From NCBI GenBank assembly GCA_013239625.1, contig MU053513.1, positions 2,406,927 to 2,470,926 of the forward strand: a stretch of DNA of 64,000 nt, written 5' to 3'. Positions 13,854 to 25,010 of the stretch are shown one piece after another (the first letter of the stretch is position 1; each line of letters begins with the position of its first letter). The notes below the pieces were generated by a model. That model had not been told where the DNA came from and made no database searches. It saw nothing but the letters and a program-made list of their open reading frames with translations. Source of the DNA: Lama guanicoe. Taxonomy: Eukaryota. The position numbers and the translations under genes were made by a program.

Positions 13854-16072
13854 CACAGCTTTGGATTCTTTTCTGTCAATTTTAACACTACCGGGGACCT
13901 AAAGGTCACTGAGATGTTCCTCAAAGCTAACAAATGTCAGGACCAAGAATCAGATGCAGCTGCATAATCCAAAGTCACTTAAATTCCTAGGTAAAGCCAT
14001 TTAAAGTATTAAAGTGAAGCAATTTAAACTTTTTATCATCCACAGACCATTCCGGCCCACTCTTGTGAAAAACCTCAAAGGCAATTTGGGTTGGAGGCAT
14101 TTTTCTTCTTTAACTCTTCCAAATGCAGCTCTGTATTAGCATGTTCGATAAAGCAAGTAACACTTCCACTTGATTGCTTGCAACCATTCTTGACCCTCAT
14201 TTCATTCTAGTTGGAGGTAATTACTTGCTGCTAATGCAAAGTGCTAAAGACAGCCTTAAATTCTGCTGAATTATTATGTAGACTGGGAGTCAGATCTCCC
14301 TAATTCTTCTCTTAAAACAGCACCATAACTTTAATCTCTACTTTGTCAAATTCAAAAGTCAATCTATTTTTGAGTGAAAACTTCTTAAGATACTGGTCCT
14401 GGACCTGGTGGAGGAAAAGGGTGAGTTTCTTTGGGAATGAGGTCAGGAATGAATAAATCAATAACAGGGGAGGTGAAGTATGTACTTGCAGAATCTAATA
14501 TACAACAAAATTGTGGAACCAAGCTCTTGCTAGCATCTTCTCATGTCCGGAGGACTGAAGATACAAGACTGTTTAGGCAATCTAAGTAGCAGCTCTAAAA
14601 TTTAGCCACAGTCACTGGATAATTTTGTTGTTTTATCTGAGTCTAGATGGAAGCTCTGAATATCAACTCTTTTAAATTCAAATCAATCATTTCTGTGTAC
14701 GAAGAGGTCATCTCTGGATTAACAGTATTTACGGGAAAATGGAGCAGGGTTTCTCTTCGCCTCATTCCCGGAATCAATAAAAGAAAACAACAGTAAAAGG
14801 CTGTTTTTTTCTGTGAATACCTAAATGACTTCACAATCATTATTCCACTCAGAGGAAAAATGATTCTTACAGCACAGCGAGGGGGAGAGAACGCTTGGCT
14901 TCTGTTAAGACTAATGGAGGTTGGGATACAAAGTTCAGTTGTCCACAGGCCTGGAGAACTGGAGGAAAATTTACTAATTAGTTCTTCCTAAACCAAGAGG
15001 CTTATTTTACTTTCCTGCATGAGAAAGTGAAGCACAGGACCATATCTTTTCCTGAGAAGGGTAAATGAAATATCTTCCAAAAATTAAAAAAAAAAGATGG
15101 CAAATGCAACAATATAAGCTTAAATATATGGGGTTGTGCATTCGTTAAGTTTTTCACAATGTAGAAGATTTAAGTCTACAAATGTAGAAAACATCACACT
15201 TGTAAAATTGGGACTGGCGGGGGTGATTTATGGCCTCCGTTCCTCCCTGGGGGGCAGGCCCCAAGCACATTTTCTACTGCATTCCCACTGCTTTCCATTT
15301 TCTAAAATTATGCTTCTGGTCTAATCAAAACACTGCTTTGACACAGGCTTTTTAATCTTCCTTTTTTTCTCCCACAAAAATCACCTCAGGCATCACAAAT
15401 CCATTTTATTGGAAACCGTAATCTTGTACTTAAAGAACAACTCAGTGTTAACCCCGGGCCCTCTGGACACCTTATATCAGGTTGAGGTGAGTACTAGAAT
15501 CTTAGAATGTCAGCTGGGGCTTGCGCCAGCAAGGGGGGCTTTACAGACCCTCGCCCTGTGGGGCACACCCCACAGCCATCTCAGCCTGTGGCTGGTGTGG
15601 CCCCGGCCCGTCTGCCGAGCCGGGAGAGAACCCAGTCAGTCCCCGTTCCCCAGGAGAACCGCTCCAAGCCGGGCGCAAGCTGCCCAGAGTCCCCAGGGCA
15701 GCAGTGGCACCAGCTGTCTTGAGCTTCCAGGCCTCTCCTATTTCAAAAGATGGTCAGATGTTCGTCTAAGTTGGTTTTACTCAAGTTGCCGAGCTTCAAG
15801 TGTAAGGAAAGCACAATTTCTCTTTAGGTGAATTGTGGGGAGAAGAAGTTCTAAGCACAGATTCAAAACAAACTGGGGAAGACAAACCGGGGGAGGGAAG
15901 CAGGGAGCAGTTTCCAGGGAGAAGCAATGTCATTAGGCTGATGCTAAAATCGCAATCTGTATCTCCTGTGAAACTTGAAGCCCGCCCTCAGTCAAGGAAG
16001 CTGCTTGAGAGGCGCTGTGCTAGCTTATTTCAACGAACGAAATCGTTCGGAAGGACAGTTATTCAGATTACA

Positions 16073-16230
16073 ATTCAGCCATTCATTCATTTGCTTATTG
16101 GTGAATATATATTGAATGTTGGCATGTGCCAGGCTTTGCCAGGCACTGGGGCTACCACAGCGAGCAAAGGGACAAAGTCCCTGCTCCACGTGGCTCACGC
16201 TCTCGGGGGTGGTAGGGGGCACAGAATAAA
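16073..16230 (-). mobile_element. L2 3' end
   Basis: 'cattcattcattt...tattgaatg...atgtgccaggc...caggcactgggg...gacaaagtccctgc'. Confidence 0.8.
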
Positions 16231-17389
16231 TAATTTGGGGGATAAGGAAAGAAGACAGAAAGGAGGCAATCTAATTTATTCTTGGTACCTTAAGGACTTT
16301 TTATATTCATCCCCAGTGATTAAACAAAGATTCTGTGCTAAACAAAACTTTCTCTTTCTCATAACGAACACTACATTTCTTAGCTCCAGATCGTCTTAAC
16401 CTATGAACTATTAGCTGTTGAAATGACACAAGAGCCATCCATTTCTCTCTTTTAAGCAATGAAAGCAATTCCACAGGAATTGTTGCCAGTGTTCTCAGAC
16501 ACAACCGGGACACGTTCACTTCTAGATTCCCGGCCCCATATATCAGGGGAGGCACCTCTGTCTCCTACCAGGATGAAAACTATTGCCTTGGGCAGCCTTA
16601 GGGTAGAGAAGCAGCACCGGGGACACACGCGACTCCTCTCTTTTGATCCACCTACACTCAAACCCTTGTGTTCCTCAGCACATGACCACTAAATAAATTA
16701 CCTGCTGGGCACCCACAACCCTCCCACTGCACCCTACCTGTGCAGACTCACACACTCACACACTACTTTTGTAAAAGAACGCAATATTCAGGCATCGTAG
16801 GCCAGAGAAATCCCACACCATGTGAAACGTGTATGACCCAGATCTTGGCTGTTAACATGTCTTCATGTTTGAGAAGTGGTTTCCATGAACTGGATGTGAT
16901 ATCTTGTCACAATACTGAATTAAAAGCATGAGTTATATACTGAGACATCGCTGGGTCGGGGGGGGCAGGTTCTAAACATTCATGTTACTTGTGTCTCTGT
17001 TCACAGATGGAATTAGGTAGCCTTCTCCCCAGCCTGCTCTAAAGAGCCGTTGCGTGTGGAAAGCTCAGTTTGGAAGAGCTTCAGGACTGCATGCTGCGGG
17101 GCAGGAGTCAGTGCAGCTGGGGCTCCCCCTGCAGGGCATGGAAGGAACCCTTTTAACTTAGGGGGAAACGAATCTTGAGCGCACTCCATCAGCACTTTCA
17201 TTTTCAATCTCTGTCTTTGCTGTAATTATTTTTTTATATGACCCAGCGCAGAGAGATCAGTATCTGCAGTCAGAGAACCTGAGTTCTTCGTAGTTTGGCT
17301 ACTGATTATCTCATCAGCCTTCAGCCACAGCCAGGTTAACGGTGCATGTGGCCCTGGCTCTGTGGTGGCCGTCCAGCCCAGTGCTTCCG

Positions 17390-17585
17390 ACTGTGGACTC
17401 TGAACTACTGGGATTTGCACCCCCCTTCTGCCATCTGGGGCATGTGACTTAACCTCCTTTTCCCTCAGTTCTCCATCTGTAAAATGGGAACAAGAGAACC
17501 TATCTCAGGTGGTTAGGAGGAGATATGAATTCATACCTCTAGTATGCTTGGAGTGGCTCAGGGCAGATCAATATCTCAATAAACC
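17390..17585 (+). mobile_element. MIR SINE
   Basis: Core 'gacttaacctcc...cctcagttctccatctgtaaaatggga' and 'ctcaataaa' end. Confidence 0.85.
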
Positions 17586-18471
17586 AAGTTGTGACTGGAG
17601 GAAGAAGGACGAGGTCATTTGTGAGAAACAAGTGGAAATGGCTGCAAGCTCTCTGGAAGCGACAATTTCCACTCAGTGTTGTTGTCACTTTGGGCAGAAA
17701 CAAGAGCATTATTCTTCATGGAACTTACGATGGCTTAAATTAGCCCCTTAGAAGGGCAGCTCTTCAGATTGCTATGTGACTGCGATAAATCTAGTGCAAA
17801 CCGGCGGTTGTGGATTTTGAGTCAAGTTCTGCCTTGACTTGGGTTGGGAAGAGGTATTCCAGATGTTTGTGGTGGTGGAGGGTGAGAGGAGACATCTCCC
17901 TAACCCACTGTCCCACATTTCCAGAAGCCCTTGGATGGCCGCCTCAATTTCAGATCTCTTTTGGGAGTCCAGGTTGCTCTGATTCAGACTAGGAAAGACA
18001 AAGGTCCAAAAGAAAAGGAATGAAGTTAGACCCTGAAGGGAGCTCTGACAACACCAAGTCCAGAGTCTGCCAAGGTCCAGATGCACTGCTGTGCTGAGAG
18101 AAGGGCTGCACCACGTCTGCTCTGTGCACCCGAGCACCCTCTCCCAGCACAGTGCCCGGCACACACTGAGCCTAGCAGACGTCCCACAGACCGAAAGAGG
18201 AAAGGCACAAGTGTGTGAATGGGAGAAGGTGTTTCTCCAGATGCTTGCAATCACTGGTATCAGGAGCAGAGACTTCCCCAGGTATGCTACAGAGTAATTT
18301 GAGGGGTGCAGCTTAATGAGTTTGCCTGCCATAAATGAACTTCCCAATTCTACGAGGACATCGGCTTATCATGTGACAGATGCACGATAATGGATAGTAA
18401 AGAAAAAATGGACGTTAAGTTAAGTCAATAATAGAAATAGTTAAAAACAATGTAAGAAATACTGCATGCTA

Positions 18472-18722
18472 GGAGGGGCTTCAAGTTGGTGGAGCAGGAG
18501 GACACGGAGCTCACCCTCTCCCACAAACACATCAAAAATACATCTACACGTGGGACAGTTCTCACAGAATACCTACTGAACTTTGACAGAAGATCTTGTA
18601 CAGCGGGAACTACAAGGAAAATCTTCACGAAACCAGATAAACAGCAAGGTCCTACTGTATAGCACAGGGAACTATATTCAATATCTTGTAATGGCCTATA
18701 ATAAAAAAGAATATGAAAGAAA

Positions 18723-18771
<49 letters not shown>

Positions 18772-18836
18772 ACTGAATCACTATGCTGCACACCAGAAAT
18801 TAACACATTATAAACTGACTATAATTCAATAAAAAA
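18472..18836 (+). mobile_element. Bipartite L1-derived element: L1 5' terminus (~165 bp) fused to L1 3' terminus (~200 bp), with A-tail and 18-bp TSD
   Basis: TSD AAGAAATACTGCATGCTA (18454-18471) / AAGAAATATCGCATGCTA (18837-18854); 5' half resembles a laurasiatherian L1 5' UTR start ('ttcaagttggtggag...cccacaaacacatcaaaaatacatctaca'); 3' half matches in-window L1 3' UTRs. Confidence 0.85.
18723..18771. repeat. (TA)n(CA)n microsatellite in L1 3' UTR
   Basis: Directly visible; same L1 position as 11745-11826. Confidence 0.97.
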
Positions 18837-19172
18837 AAGAAATATCGCATGCTAAAGTGGCTGGCTCTGAAGTCTGAATTGTTCTTATACTGCAGGTTAG
18901 AAGAAATAGGCTAATCTGGGGGGCGTTCCTCCCCCACATACACATGAAGAGGGGAAAGCAGGAAGCACGTGCGAGAAAACAAGCGGACAAGCAGCGCGTC
19001 TGTGAAGAGTCTGTAAACGCTTCCCCCAGAGCCTCAGTGTCCAGCCTCCCCATCCCTCCCGCTCACTCAGCTCTCCACCCACATCACTAGCGGTCTCAGA
19101 ACTGACATAGCGCCCCCACCGGGGCCCGTCCAACACCTCTCACCCAGGGAGTCCTGCACTTCAGTGGGCAAG

Positions 19173-19590
19173 TGTATTACTAGTTTCCTGAAGCTGCTGT
19201 AATAAATTACCAAAAAGTATGTGGCTTAAAACAAGAGAAATTCATTCTCTCACAGCTCGGGCGGCTAGAAGCCTGAAATCAAGTTGTCATGGGAGCTCTA
19301 AGAGGGAGTCAGTCTTCGCTTCTTCCAGCTGCCGGTGGCTCAGGCGCTCTTGGCTCGTGGCTGTCTCAATCCAGCCTCTGCCTCCATCTTCACATGGTCT
19401 CCTGTTCTCTGTGTCTGTCTTCTCCTCCTCTGCCACTTGTAAGGACACTTGTCATTGGATTTTGGGCTCACCCATGTAATCTCTTAACTTAATGACATCT
19501 GTAGTGACTCATTCTAAAAGGTCACATTCACAGGTCCCAGGGTTAGGAAGTAAACAGATCTTTTGGGGAATCACCATTCAACCCAGCACA
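19173..19590 (-). mobile_element. MaLR solo LTR (MLT1C-like) with 5-bp TSD GCAAG
   Basis: TG...CA ends; GCAAG at 19168-19172 and 19591-19595; 'gtggcttaaaacaagagaaattcattctctcacag', 'aaggacacttgtcattggatt'. Confidence 0.93.
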
Positions 19591-19667
19591 GCAAGTGAGG
19601 ATGCAAACCACCGTGTGGGATCCCAGCAGAGCTCCGGTATCACCTCATGTGAAAAGTCAGCGATAAC

Positions 19668-19970
19668 TGGATAAAGGTGGTCAGAAGGTACAAACTTACA
19701 GTTGTATGATAAATAAGTACTAGGGGATGTAATGCATAACATGTTTAATGTCATTAAAACTGTTGTATGTTATATTTGAAAGTTGTTCAGAGAGTTAATC
19801 CTAAAAGTTCTCATCACAAGGAGATTTTTTTTCTTTTTCTTTTCTTCTGTAGCTCTATGAGATAATGAGTGTCCACTAAACATACTGTGGTAATTATTCC
19901 ATGATATACGTAAGTCACATCATTAATGCTGCCCACCTTGAATGTATATAGTGCAATAAAACTGGAAGAA
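19668..19970 (+). mobile_element. 5'-truncated L1 3' UTR
   Basis: 'aaggtacaaactt...ataaataagtactagggga', 'aaaagttctcatcacaag', 'caataaaactggaagaaaa'; degenerate flanking repeat aaaagtcagcgataac / aaaagtcatgatgac. Confidence 0.85.
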
Positions 19971-20242
19971 AAAGTCATGATGACAGTGCCTATTATGTTG
20001 ATCATGGTAACGTGAGCTCCTCAGCATGGGAAATTATATGATACAAAGATAAATCCAGGTCTATTTTAGGAGGAACTGCCAACTCACCTTCCTGATTGCT
20101 GCCTGTTACATGTTCAGCCCAAACCACTGAGTACCACACTGGGTATTTAAGAAGGGGCAGAGATAGTATCCAAAAGGCTGGTGTGACAACCAGAAATCAC
20201 ACAGTATCTGACCCATCACCCAGGCTTACAGACTTGTCAATC

Positions 20243-21267
20243 CTGATATCTGGTCACTCCAGCCACATCTTCTGTATCCTGTCTCTACCTGCTATTTAAA
20301 TAGAGCTGTGTCCAATAATGACAATTTTTATTTAACATTCACAATAAAAATGCTCATTTTTGAGGATCCAAACTAAAGTTTTCAGTGAATCTCTACAAGC
20401 CCGACTAAGCCACAGCCATCCAGTGAAATCCGCAGACCTAAGACTGTTGTGTTTGTGTCTTATTTTCACTGTGAACTCAAAAAGACAGGTGGCAGAAAGG
20501 CGAGGGGCCAGAGAAGGCAGAATGGGTGCACTCCAACGCTTGTCACTCAGCTTGGCGTGAACAGGATCGGTGTCTGCAGCCTGCCACTGTGGTGGGGCCG
20601 TTGCTGATCATCGTTGTCATCGAATGTAAGAGGAGGTACTTAGAAGAGAGGGAGTGGGGGGTACAGCAGACCTTTTCCAGCTGGCGCAGGAGACCAGATT
20701 TTAGGACCACTCACTATGTGACTTGGGCAAGTTATTTTACTTCTGCGGATCTCAAATTTCATCATCCCGAGGGAGCCAGACGACATTGCGTCTAAGGTCC
20801 CTTCCATTTCATACATGCTTGAAACAGCCTTTCATAAAAAAGCACACTAACGCGTGTGTGGATGAAATAACATGTATTAATTATTTGATATGTACAAGCA
20901 CCACACTTGTGCTCCATTATGTCAGTCTTATTTACTTACGAAGCCTTCAAGCCTAATAATCTTAACAACGCTAACAACAACTGGTGTTTATTGAACTCTG
21001 GTTTCATGACAGGTTGTATACTAATGGGAGTGACTTTATCTGAACTCGGAAGTCCTTCCTCTCTGACATCTGATCACCAGAGCCACATCTTCTGTCTCTT
21101 GTCTCCAATTGCTACTTAAACTAGAGCTGTGCCCAGTAATAATAATTTTATTGAATTTAATTTAATGGAATACTCATCATTAAAATGCTAATTCTGTTAA
21201 ATGCTTCAAATACAAGTTTTTAGTGAATCTCTTTAAGCATATAACTAAGCTACAGCAATCCAATGAA
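20243..21267 (+). repeat. Diverged direct duplication: copy 1 ~20243-20427, copy 2 ~21063-21267
   Basis: Collinear exact blocks AGCCACATCTTCTGT (20261/21081), TAGAGCTGTG (20301/21122), AGTGAATCTCT (20384/21222). Confidence 0.9.
20690..20810 (+). mobile_element. MIR/MIR3 fragment
   Basis: 'ccactcactatgtgacttgggcaagttattttacttct...tctaaggtcccttcca'. Confidence 0.7.
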
Positions 21268-21475
21268 GCCAGCTGTAGGTGCCATTCTTATGATTTCTGA
21301 GTTTCACGTGCGTTTGCATGTAAATAATGAAATATACATCACAGTGACTCTGTGAAGGAGGTACCCTGATTATTCCCATTTTCAGATACGAAAATTGAGG
21401 CCTGGAAAGTTTAATCAACTTATCCAAAGTGATACAGCCATGAGGTGGCAGTCATGACTCAAATTCCGGAGTCTT
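20953..21475 (-). mobile_element. MIR in two pieces (~20953-21024 and ~21307-21475)
   Basis: Tail part 'taataa...tttattgaac...catgacagg'; core part 'attattcccattttcagatacgaaaattgaggc...caacttatccaaagtgatacagc'. Confidence 0.7.
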
Positions 21476-21484
21476 ATATTTGCT

Positions 21485-21604
21485 GTGATATAAATTCCAT
21501 GAAGGTAGCAACCATTGCTGTCTAATTTGCTTCTGCCTCTCCAGTGCTTAGCACAGTGCCTGGCACAGAGCAAGCGATCAGTAAATACTTGTGAAATGAA
21601 TGAA
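21485..21604 (+). mobile_element. L2 3' end
   Basis: 'tataaattccatgaagg...ccagtgcttagcacagtgcctggcaca...taaatacttgtgaaatgaatgaa'. Confidence 0.9.
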
Positions 21605-22829
21605 GGTCTGACTCCTCTCTCTTCTCTCAACCACTCGGCTGTATACATCATATATCCCAGTGCTCTCTAAGTGGTGACAGTGGAGACTCCACCAGTGAGC
21701 ACAGGTAGATTAGCACAGTTCCTTCTATGTCACTCCTGGAAAACCAAGGGAACCAGTTCACATTTTGTTAACCATTGGCCCCCTCTTTTTGCACAAAGAT
21801 TGATGGGGCAGTGGGGTATTTATGTCAGGAAGTCCAGGGTGGATAAACCTGTTTCCCTTGGTCCTTGCTCTGGAAATGACATTCCCATGGACAGGAGGAC
21901 CCCGATTTTGCTAGGAAAAGCTGGTTGGCTGATCAGTTGTGTGAGCAACCATCTCCCGTGGGAGCTATGATTAGCTTTCATCACACTTCTGCCTTCTGAC
22001 CACAAATAAGATTGTTTCACTTTTCTCTCACCAGAACTGGCTCCCTGTTAATGCATTTGCAGCCCTAACAGAAAAGAAATGAGAAGCGAGATGGCGTGAG
22101 TGTCCCAACGGCACTCAGCCTGCTAACACTGATGCCGAGCAGGGCAATTCATCCTGTTGGAGTTGACAGAGCGTCCCTGAGACAAAGCGGACGCCACGGC
22201 TGAAGCCACAGGCTCCCCTAGTGCAGCCACGTCTGTCCAGAACACTAGCATGAGAAGGCGGCCCCCCTGAAGGAAAGGTTTGCTGCAAGTTGAAAATGCT
22301 CAGCTTGGTGGCATCCAAGAGGATTGACTGTTTAGTAAATATTTCCTCGAGAACATTAACTGTGGAACTGGGATGCTTAAGTAATGCAGATAATTAAATG
22401 TTAATAATTAAACATTTATAATGTTTGAAATGTTAAGCTTAATGAGACAGGCGATGTATCAGTAGTAAAGGGGGTCCATGCATCCTGAAGATCCGGGTCA
22501 CCACAGAGGTGGCCTGTGTCGGTTCCCAGCTGAACAGGGATTCAGCCTTTCACTCCAGCTTGGCAAAAAGCAGGTGTCTTCTGGTGGGCACTACTTTAGG
22601 ACAGGTGTCCTTACAAAGGCTCTACCCAGAGCAGTGGCGGGGTGTGGGTGAGGGGGGCAGCAGAGATTCTGTAAATGTTTTGCTAGAAATCACACTTCCA
22701 GTCAGAAGGAGCTAGAACTGAAACAAAGATGAATCCACATTTGTTTAGTGAATTATGTGATGGAAATCAGCTCTCTGGAGAGTTGTTCCATTTAGTCTTT
22801 TCTCTTGTGCTTGCTTTCTCATCTTCGAT

Positions 22830-23300
22830 CATTTTCCTTTTCCTCCCCAGTAGCTACTTCTCTTCAGTCTAAAAATACTACACTCAAGTGTTCCTCGTAC
22901 AAACAGCATTCTCTCAACATGTCTCCTTGTCAAAGCAGCACTCCTCTCTCCTTTCTTTCCTTATCAAGCTTCTTGAAGGAGCGGAGTACATTCTGTCCCT
23001 CACTCTCTGCAGCCTGATTTCCCTGGTGCGGTAGCCTGACCCTGCCCCCACCAGATCACGCACAAACTGCTCCTACAGAAGTCATCGATGCTGTACTACC
23101 CAACAAAGCCAAGGCTCTCTTAGGACCTCGCCACAGCATCTTATACTGGTAGACTCTGTTCTTCTGAAATCCTCTCCTCCTCTGGTCTCAGTTCCAACTT
23201 TTTCTCCTGATGCTCCATCTGCCTCTCTGATGACCAGTTTTTAGTTCCTGGCCTGCCCTCAAATGTGAGCTTTTCACCTAAATTGTTTTCTTCTCTTCAC
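22830..23300 (+). mobile_element. L2 internal fragment, apparently resuming at ~25140-25570
   Basis: Pyrimidine-rich L2-like phrases 'aaactgctcc...gtcatcgatg', 'ttctgaaatcctctcctcctctgg'; later 'atgttgctgatccccagacctatatt...ccagaccactctcc'. Confidence 0.6.
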
Positions 23301-23449
23301 AAGGACCTACAGAGGAAAATCCAATAGAGACAAAGCCGGAAACATTAATGTGTGAAGTGGATGGAGTAGGAGGGGGTATAAGACAATATGGAGCAGTGTG
23401 GTCTGTGGCAAATGGATATTGGTTTCCCTAGTGTTAAAGCATTCAAATT

Positions 23450-25010
23450 GGAATACAATTCAGGGCCCTTACTGACAACAATGAATTATAAGCTTAAGTA
23501 TTATTGATCAGGCAGGACAGAGGAGAAGAAGGCATGTTTCTTCCATGTGCTCCTCTGGGAAAGATGGGACTGATATCAGTACCAGGGACAGGTTCAGGTT
23601 GGTTTCACACACCATCTTACACCAGGAAGTCACTGCAGTGGAGCACAAAGCACACTAGCTAGCTGACCACATTCATTCCCTACTCTTCCTTTAAGTCTGC
23701 ACACACTCTGTCTTGGAAGTGCTCATTGGGTGTTTGCCCTACTTAGTACATTTGTTCCTTCTTCTACAACTCAACAGCCTCAGTTCTTCCTCATATCACT
23801 TTCCATCAAACTATCAATCATTTCCTTTTTTAAAAAAAATTATTGGGAGTTTAACATGGTTATAGACCATGAATAAAAGAAAATGTTTGCAAAACATATA
23901 GCTGATAAGAGGTTAATATCTAAAATATATACAGAACTCATACAACTCAATAGCAAAAAACCCAAAACATCCGATTAAAAAATGGGCAGAGGAACTGAAT
24001 AGGCTTTTTTCCAAAGAAGACCTGCAAATGCCTATACATACATGAAAAAGTGCTCAACATTACTAATCATCAGGGAAATGCAAATCAAAACCACAAGATA
24101 TCACCTCACACCTGTCAGAATGACTATCATGAAAAAGACAAGAAATAACAAGTGTTGGTGAGAATGTGGACAAAAGGAAACCCTTGGGCACTGTTGGTGG
24201 GAATGTAAGCCGGTGAAGCCACTATGGTAAACAGTATAAAAGTGCCTTAAAACATTAAATAAAACTACCATATGATCAAGCAATCCCACTCCTGGGTACA
24301 TAGCCAAAGGAAATAAAAATAGGATATCAAAGACATATCTGCACTCCCGTGTTCACTGCAGCATTACTCACAACAGACAAGTTACGGAAACAACCTAAGT
24401 GTCCATCAATGAATGAATGGATAAAGAAGATGTGGTATATATGCACAATGGAATATTATTCAGCCGTGAGAAAGAAGGAAATTCTTCCACTTGCCACAAC
24501 ATCGATGGAACTTGAGGGCATTATTCTGTGTGATATAAGATAGAGGAAGACAAATATTGCATAATATCACTTATATGTGAAATCTTAAAAAAAAGGTCAA
24601 ACGCTTATAAACAGAGAGTAGGAAAGTGGTTGCCATGGCCTGGGGGTGAGGGGGAATAGGAAAAGTTTGGTAAAGGGTACAAACTTTCAGCTGTAAGATC
24701 AGTAAGAGTTGAGGGTCTAATGTGAAACATAGTGACTATAACACTGTAACTAATAACACTGCGTTGTATACTTGAAATTTGCTAAGAGAGTAGAATTTAA
24801 ATGTTCTCACCAAAAAATGTTACTGGGAATTTAACATGGTTTTTAATTGTGCTGATAAGTTAATAAGATTATTGTTATTTTTATTGATGTTCTGGTTACA
24901 AACTCATGGGTTTTGAGTGATCTGCCTCATCCTTATTTCCCCCATAAAGTCCTATCATTTTAGTATGTGATTTTGCAAAACTTTGATCTTTCAGAAAACC
25001 TTTCATTGTC
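23450..25010. mobile_element. Ancient Tigger-type DNA transposon relic (Tigger13a-like), split by L1
   Basis: End region 'ccttatttcccccataaagtcctatcattttagtatgtgattttgca' resembles the recalled Tigger13a terminus; left boundary uncertain. Confidence 0.45.
23862..24811 (+). mobile_element. L1 (L1MA9-like) ORF2 end and partial 3' UTR with ~30-bp TSD
   Basis: ORF 24349-24543 (MFTAAL...QPKCPSMNEWIKKMWYICTMEYYSA); flanking repeats 23832-23861 / 24812-24841. Confidence 0.93.

Noticed and set aside
15833..16399. 188-aa ORF
   Set aside because: Non-ATG start, runs through an antisense L2, no recognisable domain.
17772..18347. 191-aa minus-strand ORF (longest in window)
   Set aside because: Non-ATG start, no recognisable homology or exon structure; compatible with chance in a GC-richer patch.
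19108..19126. Second CTCF-like motif (minus strand ...GGTGGGGGCGCTA)
   Set aside because: Mismatches at key core positions (no CCASYAG).
22035..22095. Exon-like segment (ttttctctcaccag ... ggc|gtgagt)
   Set aside because: Stops in all three frames and no partner exons identified; such signal pairs arise by chance.
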